A stretch of DNA of 62,398 bases, counting the filler, from Bradymonadales bacterium (lineage in GTDB: Bacteria > Bdellovibrionota > UBA2394), in NCBI GenBank assembly GCA_007693605.1. It is 5 parts of 5 records of this genome, joined end to end, with 100 filler letters (N's around TTAATTAATTAA, not from the genome) between each part and the next. Parts side by side here need not be neighbours in the genome. Positions count along the whole stretch, not along the records: positions 1 to 24,202 come from REDG01000070.1; positions 24,303 to 48,380 come from REDG01000068.1; 3 more parts are not named here. One strand, 5' to 3'. The position numbers and the translations under genes are program-made. The notes under the pieces are model-generated. The model saw only the letters and a program-made list of their open reading frames with translations. It ran no database searches and had not been told where the DNA came from. Each line of letters opens with the position of its first letter. The stretch's first letter is position 1. Below are positions 20,422 through 29,581 of the stretch, piece after piece.

Positions 20422-21364
20422 AGACCTTGGTGAGTTTTTCATGGGTCAAAGAGGTCTTGAAAAAATTTCCGCCCTTTCGCAAAAGCTCTATACTCAAATC
20501 CGGCAGGAGTGCGAAAATGAGCTTGGCTGCGAATTTTCGTATTACCACCCGGGCATGGCACTCCTTGGCAAACGAGAGGCTCTAAAGAAACTCTATTGGA
20601 TGAGTGAAGCACCCGATGTCGAGTCGCGACCCGAAGCTCTCGAATTGTATCGAAAGGCAATCGAAACAGAATCAGACTTTCTAAGCGCTCTGCACTTTGA
20701 TTCCCCATTCAAAAACCGGCGGATTGCGACAGGCTGCTCAACAGATACGCGGGCCTTCTACGAACGGATGCGAGAAGCAAAACAATTTCTTCTTACTAGC
20801 CACCCCCTCTTGGCAAAGAGATATTCCGCGCTCGTCTACAGTATTGTCCCACTCGAAGCTCTGGAAGACTCTAACGATCGCACGGGGGTCAGCGGCACTC
20901 ACCGATCGGGAGCAAGTTCGAAACTCCTGCGAGGGGCAATCCTCCATGTCTTACCTTGTTTTCCTGAGATTGAGTTTTGGAAGATAGATTTAGCCGTCGA
21001 TTATGCACATGAAGTGGGTCATCAGGCCTTGGATGTATATCTCGCGGCAGATCGCATCTTGAGCTCTCCTTATGAGGAGCCCGTGTATTCTCCGATTCGA
21101 AAAGTCAATCGCCCCGCCATCATGAGTCTTCATGCCAACGCAGCTTTGGCCTACATAGTCGAGGCTATCTTGTATTTTCGAAATCGACAGGATCTATCCG
21201 ATTCCGAGCAAGATTACCTTCTTAGCGAACATAAGAAATTTCTCACCGATATCAATGACGGCATAGCAGCCATGGAGGACTCGTCGGTGCGTTGGACCCC
21301 ACTGGGTCAATTGATTTTCGATGAGCTTCGAACTACCCGAGATCTGACAGAAAGGCTGTGCTAG
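20411..21364 (+). CDS. HExxH-motif peptide modification enzyme (aKG-HExxH beta-hydroxylase type)
   Basis: SGASS..LRGAI, AHEVGHQ (HEVGH at 21008-21022), YSPIR...RP....LHA; overlaps the SBP stop by 11 bp. Confidence 0.85.
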   Translation: MKIEDLGEFFMGQRGLEKISALSQKLYTQIRQECENELGCEFSYYHPGMALLGKREALKKLYWMSEAPDVESRPEALELYRKAIETESDFLSALHFDSPFKNRRIATGCSTDTRAFYERMREAKQFLLTSHPLLAKRYSALVYSIVPLEALEDSNDRTGVSGTHRSGASSKLLRGAILHVLPCFPEIEFWKIDLAVDYAHEVGHQALDVYLAADRILSSPYEEPVYSPIRKVNRPAIMSLHANAALAYIVEAILYFRNRQDLSDSEQDYLLSEHKKFLTDINDGIAAMEDSSVRWTPLGQLIFDELRTTRDLTERLC

Positions 21365-21529
21365 TACTCAGGTTTAACTTGAGATCCTGTTTGTATTCTT
21401 TGGAGATTGGTCATAGTGAGCTTCCCCAGAGACTGAAGCCTCGAAGCCTATTGCGAAGCCATCCGCACCAGTGCTGTTGACTTGAATTCACTCTTGCCAA
21501 TGCTCATCTTTATCCCGAGACTGGGGCAG

Positions 21530-24028
21530 ATGCGCCTGCCACGACTATGTTTTTTTGCTCTAGTCATGGTAGTGGGTGGTTGCGCGCCAAAAGCGCCCCC
21601 CATCTCGAATCAGGCATCGGAGCACCCGAAGTATCCTCTCTTAAACTGGCAGGTACTTGGCCCCTTCAACCTTGCTCCTCGTGAGGGGGCTAGAAATTTC
21701 ACCGGTGAAACTGACGAATCAACTTTATCGCCCTCTGCTTCTACCTTTTATTCCGAGCTTGTCCCGACGGGAAGGCTCAAATGGAAATCTTTCGCGAGCC
21801 GAGGATCAAAAATTGATTATGAGTTTGACAATGTAGATTGGCATGCACTTCAGAGCGAACACGGTCGCCCCGGAGTTTTCGGAATGAGCTATCTCTACAC
21901 CGAACTTGCATTAGACGAGGCAAGAACTCTTCAGATCTCACTCAAAGGAGTTCCTGAGTTTTACATCAATGGACAACTTTGGTTTGGCGAGGCCTACCAG
22001 TTTTCTGATCAGAGAATTCCAATTCCTTTCAAAGCGGGCCTAAATCGAATTCTACTCAAAGTGCCAAACTTCGGGCCTAAGCTTAGCTTTCAGTTTCAGA
22101 TTGATGAGCCCACCAGTGCGGTTAGCGTTTTATCAAGCATCACCGCGCCGGATGTTATTGAATGTCCGGCAGACTACTGGCTCAGTTTACCTCTGACAAA
22201 CAACACTTCGAGCTGGCTCCGAAATATTTCAGCTCGAACAGCATCGAATCTGTGGAGGCTTGAATCTTGGCCTCTTGATATCGCACCCCATTCCGTTGGC
22301 GTGGCAAAACTAAAACTTCATTGCAAAGAATGGCCTGACGGAGATAAATTCTCGATCCCTATTTCGATCGAATCAAGTGGTAAGAAACTGTTGATGTCTT
22401 ACGAGATTTCATTGCAGAGAAAGGACCGAACAAAAGATCATATTGTTACTTTTGTTTCGGAACTGGACAACTCCGTTCAGTACTATGCTATCAAGCCACC
22501 CTCTCTCCCCCAGGATGGAGAAAAGTCGTCTCTTATCATTGGTTTACACGGAGCAAGCGTTGAAGCCCGGAGTGCCATGAGATCCTACTCTCACAAGCCC
22601 AGGGCCTTTACGGTTTTGCCCACCAATCGTCGTCCTCATGGTTTCGCTTGGCAGGGCATTGGAAGATTGGACGCACTAGAAGTTCTTGCCAATGTTCAAG
22701 ACAATTTCAATATAGATAAAGACAGAATTCATCTGACCGGCCACTCCATGGGCGGTCAGGGTGCCTGGCATATTGCAACACACCATCCTGATCGTTTTGC
22801 TTCGATCGTACCCGCAGCAGCATGGACCAGTCTTAGTCGGTACTTGTCCGACCACCTGAATGTTGCTTCCACCTATGCGTCACCTCAAATTGAAAGTTAC
22901 TTTAGAAGAGTCACCGCATCGAAGGATCATATGCGATTTCTTACCAACGCTCGAAGCCTGCCGGTACTGATGCTTCATGCGCTTGGAGACGAAGTCGTCT
23001 CAGCTTTCCACTCAAGACTCTATCAGCGAATGTTCGACCTGGCAGGGGGTCAGTCGAGTATCTTGGAGTTGGAATCGAAAGAGCATTGGTGCCACCAGGT
23101 CTCAGCATTTGAATCAGAGGGCTATGCCTGCGTTAATCCTCCTCAGGCAGATGAGTTTTTCGAAAGGCATACTCGGCCCTCCTCGCCACCGCGTGATTTG
23201 AAGCTTAAGATTTGGGATCTCTCTGCAGAAAGAAATTTCTGGTGGTTGACTTTGTTGAGTCAAGAACGCGTGTTTTCTGAGACTGAGGTGAATGCTACAT
23301 GGAACGACAGCAATCACCTGATTATTGAAACGACAAATTTGAAAGCATTTGAAGTCCGCCTGCATTCCGGTTGGGCACTCAACAAGATTGTCTGGAACGA
23401 CAACGAGATTGAATTTGAAGTTGTAGAGGAAGAGGGCAGACGCCTTGTTCGCGTCGGCAAGATTGACTCCAAACGAATCGGGGATATGGCAGGGGGGCCC
23501 GAACAAGTATTCTATCGACCCGCCATCATAGTCTACGGAGATTCAACCGATCTTCATACTGCTCGCCTGTTGAATCATCTTTACTGGAGAGCGGCAAACG
23601 CAAGTCTCCCCATTTACTCGAGTCGAGAAGTGTCTGCTGAGCTTCTGCAGGAATACAATTTGATTCTGATTGCCGACCACCAGGACCCCCTGATGAAACG
23701 ATTGCTCAACTCCACCCCGTTCAGAGTTGAGCAGGAGGCCATTACATGGGAGGGTGGTTCAGTTTCGGGTTCTCTCGGTTTCGTGACTGGGTACCCAAGT
23801 CCATGGAGCGAGAGGCAGCGTGTTCTCGCTCTCACAACCACCAACTCTCGAATGAAAGATAAACTTCTATTTTTCCGTCCGTTTTCCAATCGATCTGGAT
23901 TGGGCCTTCCAGACTTCATGGCATTTGATTCAAATGTCACCCACAAGCTCATGGGCGGAGTTCGATTGGCAGGTTTCTACTCTAATGATTGGGGCTTGGA
24001 CAACCATGACTACACCGTGGTGGATTAG
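21530..24028 (+). CDS. Lipoprotein alpha/beta-hydrolase (S9 peptidase/esterase-like)
   Basis: VGGC lipobox; LHGA, TGHSMGG nucleophile elbow, GDEVV acid, EHW His. Confidence 0.8.
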   Translation: MRLPRLCFFALVMVVGGCAPKAPPISNQASEHPKYPLLNWQVLGPFNLAPREGARNFTGETDESTLSPSASTFYSELVPTGRLKWKSFASRGSKIDYEFDNVDWHALQSEHGRPGVFGMSYLYTELALDEARTLQISLKGVPEFYINGQLWFGEAYQFSDQRIPIPFKAGLNRILLKVPNFGPKLSFQFQIDEPTSAVSVLSSITAPDVIECPADYWLSLPLTNNTSSWLRNISARTASNLWRLESWPLDIAPHSVGVAKLKLHCKEWPDGDKFSIPISIESSGKKLLMSYEISLQRKDRTKDHIVTFVSELDNSVQYYAIKPPSLPQDGEKSSLIIGLHGASVEARSAMRSYSHKPRAFTVLPTNRRPHGFAWQGIGRLDALEVLANVQDNFNIDKDRIHLTGHSMGGQGAWHIATHHPDRFASIVPAAAWTSLSRYLSDHLNVASTYASPQIESYFRRVTASKDHMRFLTNARSLPVLMLHALGDEVVSAFHSRLYQRMFDLAGGQSSILELESKEHWCHQVSAFESEGYACVNPPQADEFFERHTRPSSPPRDLKLKIWDLSAERNFWWLTLLSQERVFSETEVNATWNDSNHLIIETTNLKAFEVRLHSGWALNKIVWNDNEIEFEVVEEEGRRLVRVGKIDSKRIGDMAGGPEQVFYRPAIIVYGDSTDLHTARLLNHLYWRAANASLPIYSSREVSAELLQEYNLILIADHQDPLMKRLLNSTPFRVEQEAITWEGGSVSGSLGFVTGYPSPWSERQRVLALTTTNSRMKDKLLFFRPFSNRSGLGLPDFMAFDSNVTHKLMGGVRLAGFYSNDWGLDNHDYTVVD

Positions 24029-24202
24029 AGGGCATTCTGAAGCTAGCAGAGCTTTGCCGGCCTTGGCCCCGAATCGACGAGCATCCAACGCAGCGCTGTG
24101 TGTGGATAGGCGACACAGTTTCATTGACTATGTGAGGGCAAAGAGTTGGATCTTTTCCGGATTAGTTGGGATGTAGTGCGTTAGATTTGGGTTTTTGAGG
24201 AG

Positions 24203-24302
24203 NNNNNNNNNNNNNNNNNNNNNNNNNNNNNNNNNNNNNNNNNNNNTTAATTAATTAANNNNNNNNNNNNNNNNNNNNNNNNNNNNNNNNNNNNNNNNNN
24301 NN
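24203..24302. other. Artificial contig linker
   Basis: N-run, TTAATTAATTAA (stops in all six frames), N-run; 100 bp. Confidence 0.98.
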
Positions 24303-24308
24303 CGTCCA

Positions 24309-26618
24309 TTACCGGAGACCGCCGCCCAGCCCGCTGATTGAAAGGCGCCGCAGCCCAGAACCCCCAACCCCCCAGCCCCAAACATTGTACCCCCCCCCCC
24401 GTCGAATTCGCCAGTCGATGGGAACATGGCACTGCTCACAATCGGTGACGACGACATTTCGACCGCCTCCGTGGGGGTCTGGATCTTGAGTGAAGGTGCT
24501 TACAAAAGAATCGACATGACAGAAGTAGCAGTCACTCGGCAGCCCTTGATAGACCTGATTCACATGACAGCTTTCGCAAGAGGCAAAGCGATGAGCGCCC
24601 GTCAGGCGGAATCCTGTCGTATTGTGCCGGAAAGTGCTCGGATGCCAAGCCGTCTGGGTATGGCAGTCTTGGCACTCCAAGCCGAAGGCGCCCAAGTGAA
24701 TGTCATCAGCCTCGTGGCACCAGGCACAAAGACTTCCTAAGCCCTGCAGGTTGGTGTCGGGTCGGTGGCAGGCCTGGCAGTCGAGCTGATCGTGAGCCCC
24801 TTCAAGTTTAAAGAATCCTAGGTCGTGAACTTTTTCTCCGCCGACCACTTCAAATCGGCTGGTGTTGTGACAAGATTCGCACTGTGTTCCGTAAGCTCCC
24901 TGATGAACATCGATATGGCAGTGAACACAGGCTTTGGCACTCCAGGCGCCAGAGCTGCCCGGAATGGAATAATCTTGAAGAAGGTGTTGGGGGTGACAGT
25001 TCTGACAAGAAATCTCTGCATGTCTTCCGTCTAACTGAAATCCGAAGTCACTATGTTGAAAGTTTCTCACCAAATGAAAGCCCTCGGTGCGATGACAGTC
25101 AGCGCATTGATTTGACATGGCCGCACCATGTGGGTCGGCATGACAGGATTGGCAGTTTGGCTCATCATTGCTTGCGGGCATATTCTTAAAGATCTGTTCG
25201 ACATGGCATGAAAGACAGGCCACATCTTGGTGTTTGCCCGTTAGTCGAAAGTTGGTTTGTCGGTCGTGATCAAAATCAATCCAGGCAAAGCTCGTCGTAT
25301 TATGACAGTCGTGACAAGTTCGATCGATTTGTCGCTCTGGGTGCACATTCACATGGCAGTCGGAACACTCCCCAAACGCAAGCTCTTGAAACTGCCCTTG
25401 GTGGTGACACTGGTTGCACTGAATAAACTGATGTTTTCCTACAAGAGGAAAGTCCGTTTTCTGGTGGCGGGCGAGGTCAAACGAAGACTCGGTAAATCGT
25501 CTCTCTTCGACATGGCAATCCTGACAACTTTGGTTTGCAAACTGATTTCCGTGAGGCAGGCCGTGGCAGTGGGAACATTCCTGAAATCCCGTATCCGGAA
25601 ACTTATACTTCTTTTCCTCTGAGTAGTGGCAGCTCTCACAAGAGACTGCCTGGTGGTAGCCCTTAAGTGGAAATCGGGTCTTATTATGATCGAAGTCCTT
25701 CAGCTCAGGGGCCACGGGTTCGACCACCGTCCACTTCTTGAAGACCGAATGGCAAGATTCACAATCGCTTCCAAACTTGCCTTCGTGAACATCATAGTGA
25801 CAGTCGGTACATTGTTGAAAGGGCAGGGGAGCGAATCGGGTGACGGAGCTTTCGCCGGGCTGTACCTGATGACAATCGACGCAGCCGACCGATCGGTGTA
25901 GCCCCACCAGAGGATAACGAGTCGTATTGTGGTTAAAGGGCATTGGACTTGCCATTCGCTTCCAAGACTCAATTCCTGAAGAATGACAGTCGGTACAAAT
26001 CAGCCACTCGCTTCTCGAAAATTCGTGTCGATAGACATCGGCATGGCAGTCGTAACAGGCTGTGGGGGCGCCCAGATAAGAGCGGGTTTCGGTGGCTTCT
26101 CCTGTTTGGTAGTGTCGTCGGTAAGTGTTGTGACAATCGGCACATTCCACTTGTTGATGCTTTCCAATTAGGGGCCATTGAGCATCACGAGAGTGGTCGA
26201 ATGCAGGCATTTCTCTTTGTTGATCGGGAGGTCCATACAAATAGCCTTCTACCCAGTTGGGGTTGGGTGCGAAGATATAGGCATCTCGACCCTGGTGCTC
26301 TGAATGGCAGTCTGAACACTGATCTTTGCCTCGGTGGTAGCCTCGGTTCTCTTCAATTCGTTGGCGAATCTCAAAATGACAGTCGAGGCATTTACTGAAC
26401 TCAAGATCTCCTCCCAACTGATTAACATGGCAACTGACGCAGCCACGAACGCCGTCATATTCTTGGTGGTGCTTGCTGAGGTCGCCAGGCGAGCGAGTCA
26501 CCAAATCTCTCAGAAAGGATTGGGCTTGAAGCTCAGAGACGTCCCAGGCTAAAAACACCACAAGGGCGAGCACTCCCTGAAAAAAAAGCGAAATATATGA
26601 GTGACTTATGCCCTTCAC
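24309..26618 (-). CDS. 27-heme c-type cytochrome (nine triheme repeats)
   Basis: 27 CxxCH motifs counted by hand; recurring FDH..T.F.L.G.H unit; signal peptide; the C-terminal tail after a G11 run is doubtful. Confidence 0.92.
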   Translation of the reverse strand: MKGISHSYISLFFQGVLALVVFLAWDVSELQAQSFLRDLVTRSPGDLSKHHQEYDGVRGCVSCHVNQLGGDLEFSKCLDCHFEIRQRIEENRGYHRGKDQCSDCHSEHQGRDAYIFAPNPNWVEGYLYGPPDQQREMPAFDHSRDAQWPLIGKHQQVECADCHNTYRRHYQTGEATETRSYLGAPTACYDCHADVYRHEFSRSEWLICTDCHSSGIESWKRMASPMPFNHNTTRYPLVGLHRSVGCVDCHQVQPGESSVTRFAPLPFQQCTDCHYDVHEGKFGSDCESCHSVFKKWTVVEPVAPELKDFDHNKTRFPLKGYHQAVSCESCHYSEEKKYKFPDTGFQECSHCHGLPHGNQFANQSCQDCHVEERRFTESSFDLARHQKTDFPLVGKHQFIQCNQCHHQGQFQELAFGECSDCHVNVHPERQIDRTCHDCHNTTSFAWIDFDHDRQTNFRLTGKHQDVACLSCHVEQIFKNMPASNDEPNCQSCHADPHGAAMSNQCADCHRTEGFHLVRNFQHSDFGFQLDGRHAEISCQNCHPQHLLQDYSIPGSSGAWSAKACVHCHIDVHQGAYGTQCESCHNTSRFEVVGGEKVHDLGFFKLEGAHDQLDCQACHRPDTNLQGLGSLCAWCHEADDIHLGAFGLECQDCHTQTAWHPSTFRHNTTGFRLTGAHRFASCESCHVNQVYQGLPSDCYFCHVDSFVSTFTQDPDPHGGGRNVVVTDCEQCHVPIDWRIRRGGGYNVWGWGVGGSGLRRLSISGLGGGLR

Positions 26619-26666
26619 GCAACCTCAGGTCTTATTTTTCCTTTTCTTAGAGAAATGATCTAGTTT

Positions 26667-27317
26667 CTAATTCTTTTGGAGCAGTGCGTTACGAATGGCG
26701 GTGAAGTTGCTTTTCAGTTGCGGAAGAAATTGAAAGACGGCATCGCAAGCTTCTTGTTCAAACTCACGAAAGGCGTAATGAGGCCTTCGATCAAGCAGAG
26801 AGGCGAGACTTGTCCATTCTTGCCTAGAAATTCGAAGCTGAAGGTACGAAATCACTTCTTCTTGCCTTGTCCATTCGACTCTCAACGAACTGTCCGGTCG
26901 GACGGCCTCTGGGGGCAAACTGGGTCGAATGTCCCAATATGGACTGGTGGGCTCATTGGAAAGCAAGCTTGTAAAAAATTCAAACTCAATCGACTCCACT
27001 TGAGAGAATCGATCGAAAGCTCGTTGCGGAAGAAGGGCGGGGGAGGAGGATCGAAGCCGGTGTCTGCCATACAAAAACGAATGCAGAAAGCGGCAGGTCA
27101 GCTCTCGGGTGGCTTCTTGTTTCACCAGAACGCTATGGTCTTCGTATCGAGATCGAACAATCAACGACTTGTTTTCGACTCGTGCGCCCTCTTGAGGATG
27201 TCGAAGAGCTCGACTTAAGGGAGACAAAGACCAAGCCTCGAAGATTGCCTGAGCGGCGAAGCTCTCAGCAGAGCCAATGACACAAAAGAGGAGCACATAG
27301 AGCCAAAAGCTTTTCAC
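26667..27317 (-). CDS. Hypothetical secreted protein
   Basis: Signal peptide ending SFA; co-oriented with the cytochrome gene. Confidence 0.65.
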   Translation of the reverse strand: MKSFWLYVLLFCVIGSAESFAAQAIFEAWSLSPLSRALRHPQEGARVENKSLIVRSRYEDHSVLVKQEATRELTCRFLHSFLYGRHRLRSSSPALLPQRAFDRFSQVESIEFEFFTSLLSNEPTSPYWDIRPSLPPEAVRPDSSLRVEWTRQEEVISYLQLRISRQEWTSLASLLDRRPHYAFREFEQEACDAVFQFLPQLKSNFTAIRNALLQKN

Positions 27318-27321
27318 AGGT

Positions 27322-27480
27322 TCATTTTCGCCGAGAAACTTGTGTCTCGTCGATGAAATTCGAGTTTTCTGGCAGCTTCCGTGCCAGCTCCTCGATCTGA
27401 GCCTCTAGCTGCCAAAGGCTTTGCAGAAAACGAAGCTCGACTTGATCTAGCCTCTCTAGAATCTCTTCGTGACGGTTCAT
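27322..27480 (-). CDS. Small coiled-coil hypothetical protein
   Basis: ATGA overlap with the upstream stop; GGAGGAAAG RBS. Confidence 0.55.
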   Translation of the reverse strand: MNRHEEILERLDQVELRFLQSLWQLEAQIEELARKLPENSNFIDETQVSRRK

Positions 27481-28988
27481 GTCATCTTTCCTCCTTCCCA
27501 AGCTCGCTCCCATTGAGTCTCAAAACTCAAGAACTTTCGAAAATCTGCTTCAGTTCCGATGCTGGGGGAGAACCACCGAAGCCATGTCTTCCATTTCTCA
27601 AGATAGAGTCGAGACTGCCGTGCGTTGGGAAGTTTAGGCCACAAAAGATTTTCGGTCTTGGGCAGCCTTCGATCTCGGGCTTCAAAAATCTTTAAAGCCA
27701 ATTCTTGAGCGGAAAAACCTTGAGGCCTTTCCTGATCTTGAAATTCCCACCAGAGTTTTCGGTGGAATCGATCCGTGAGTGGACCAGAGAGCTTAGCTTG
27801 GTATCGATAAAAATCTCGAGTCGTACACAGGCATTGTCGTTTACTTCGATAAGATCCACAAGGGCAGGGGTTGGTGGCGGCAATGAGCTGAATGTCAGCT
27901 GGCAGTTCCCAACTGCCTCGACTGCGGGCAATTCGCAAACTTTTCTCTTCAAGTGGCTCTCTTAGCGACTCCAAAACATCTCGATGGAACTCGAGAAGCT
28001 CATCTAAGAACAAAACCCCACGGTGGGCGCGAGTGATCGCCCCCTCTTGAATATAACGACTTCCTCCTCCAATGACTGCCGAAGCCGAGGCCTTGTGATG
28101 AGGCGACTCGAAAGGTGTTTCAGAAAGTTCTCGCCAGCTCATTCCGTTCTGAGATCCCCGCAAAAATCGAAGTCTCTCTTTCCAGCTTTGAGGTGGAAGG
28201 GGCGGTAGCAAGATCTTCGAAGCCTTTGACCACAGGCTTTTGCCCTGTCCAGCCGGACCCATCAATAACAGATGCTCTCTTCCCAAAATAGAAAGAGCCC
28301 AAACAAGGAATTGTTCAGGGCTTCCCTTCAGTTGATTCCACAAACAGTTCGAGTTGGCGCTTAGTTTCGATTTTAATTCTTTTAGTGCCATGGCCTTGAT
28401 ACTTGCCTCTGAAGGGCTGGGCTTGGCCTTTGAAGATTCCGAAGGAGTCTGAAAAAGATCTTCAATATGATCAATGGCAAGAAGGGGGGCATCTAAAAAG
28501 GCCTCGGCCTCTTCATCCCAGTCTTCAGGGGGTTGAAGGGTGTAGCCCTTGGCTGACTTTTGGTTCACGGCGAAGAGATGCCTCAGAGCTTGGGGGAACT
28601 CTCTTAAACTTCCGTCGAGTTGAAGCTCCCCCCAATAATAGGATTTTGGCTCTTGGGTCGGTAGCAGTCCCATCGCTTCAAATAGAGCGACTAGAATGGG
28701 CAGATCAAAGTGGCTTCCTTCTTTGGGCTGATCGCCGGGCATGAGGTGTACCAAAATTCTTTGAGGGGGGAGCTCAATCTGAAGGGCGTGAAGGCTTGAA
28801 AAAATTCGATCTTTGCCTTCTCGAATCATATGCTCTGGCAGGCCAATCAGATCAAAACGAGGTAAACCCTTTCGAATCATGGCCTGAACTTCTACGGATT
28901 GGATGTCTAGGCCCGATTCGGAGCTCGTCCAGGCTCTTCCAAATTGCACTCGATTCATGGGCCAAGTAGCTTGCAGTTCTTGTACCAC
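27477..28988 (-). CDS. comM: ComM/YifB-family Mg-chelatase-like AAA+ ATPase
   Basis: GLPRFDLIGLP, KEGSHFDLPI, GPAGQGKS, AHRGVLFLDE, NPCPCG. Confidence 0.85.
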   Translation of the reverse strand: MVQELQATWPMNRVQFGRAWTSSESGLDIQSVEVQAMIRKGLPRFDLIGLPEHMIREGKDRIFSSLHALQIELPPQRILVHLMPGDQPKEGSHFDLPILVALFEAMGLLPTQEPKSYYWGELQLDGSLREFPQALRHLFAVNQKSAKGYTLQPPEDWDEEAEAFLDAPLLAIDHIEDLFQTPSESSKAKPSPSEASIKAMALKELKSKLSANSNCLWNQLKGSPEQFLVWALSILGREHLLLMGPAGQGKSLWSKASKILLPPLPPQSWKERLRFLRGSQNGMSWRELSETPFESPHHKASASAVIGGGSRYIQEGAITRAHRGVLFLDELLEFHRDVLESLREPLEEKSLRIARSRGSWELPADIQLIAATNPCPCGSYRSKRQCLCTTRDFYRYQAKLSGPLTDRFHRKLWWEFQDQERPQGFSAQELALKIFEARDRRLPKTENLLWPKLPNARQSRLYLEKWKTWLRWFSPSIGTEADFRKFLSFETQWERAWEGGKMT

Positions 28989-29294
28989 TCAAAATCAGCC
29001 GCTAAAAATCACCCACGCACGGAAAGCCCTTCGGAAACCGGAAGAATTTTCAGAACACTCTCAGAAGCCTCAGCCGCGGCCCTCAAGAAGACAAAACTTG
29101 AGCCTTCGAAAATTTGATTTCGCTCTCTCTATGGGAAATGGGCTCTACTTATAGGTTTAAGCTCACGAGCCACTTCCGCTGCGGAAGTGGCTTTAGATTC
29201 GCTCGCAACTTGGGTCTTCTAAACAACAAAAGCTTAGGCTCCCAAGACCAACGGCCCGCTCGTTCTTTCAACTGCCAATTTCTTACTCTTCCCC

Positions 29295-29335
29295 AAAAAA
29301 CAAAATGAGTTTTTAAGGGACTCATTTTGTTTTTT
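29295..29335. repeat. 16-bp perfect inverted repeat
   Basis: AAAAAACAAAATGAGT / ACTCATTTTGTTTTTT with a 9-nt loop. Confidence 0.85.
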
Positions 29336-29581
29336 TGGAGCCTGTGAAGACGCCTTAAGAGGAGGCTCATAAATTGTCATTTATGTATTGGGATTCAAAA
29401 ATTTTCTTGTTGACAGGTTTTTCTAAGCACTATTCTTGCTTTCGCAGATCGCATCAGAAAACGGGCTTTAACGCGCTAGCTTTTGCTCTGAAAGTTCGGT
29501 CTTAGTCTGGAATGGAAAAATTTAGTCGCACAGAAATGTGGCTCATAGAGCGAAGGTGCGGCGGTCAAAAAAGTTGATGTT

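Noticed and set aside
21530..26618. Multiheme cytochrome as part of the peptide cluster
   Set aside because: Separated by a contig linker, so adjacency is not evidence
24309..26618. CRISPR-like periodic repeats (GTGACA/TGGCAG)
   Set aside because: These are codons of the repeated CxxCH motifs
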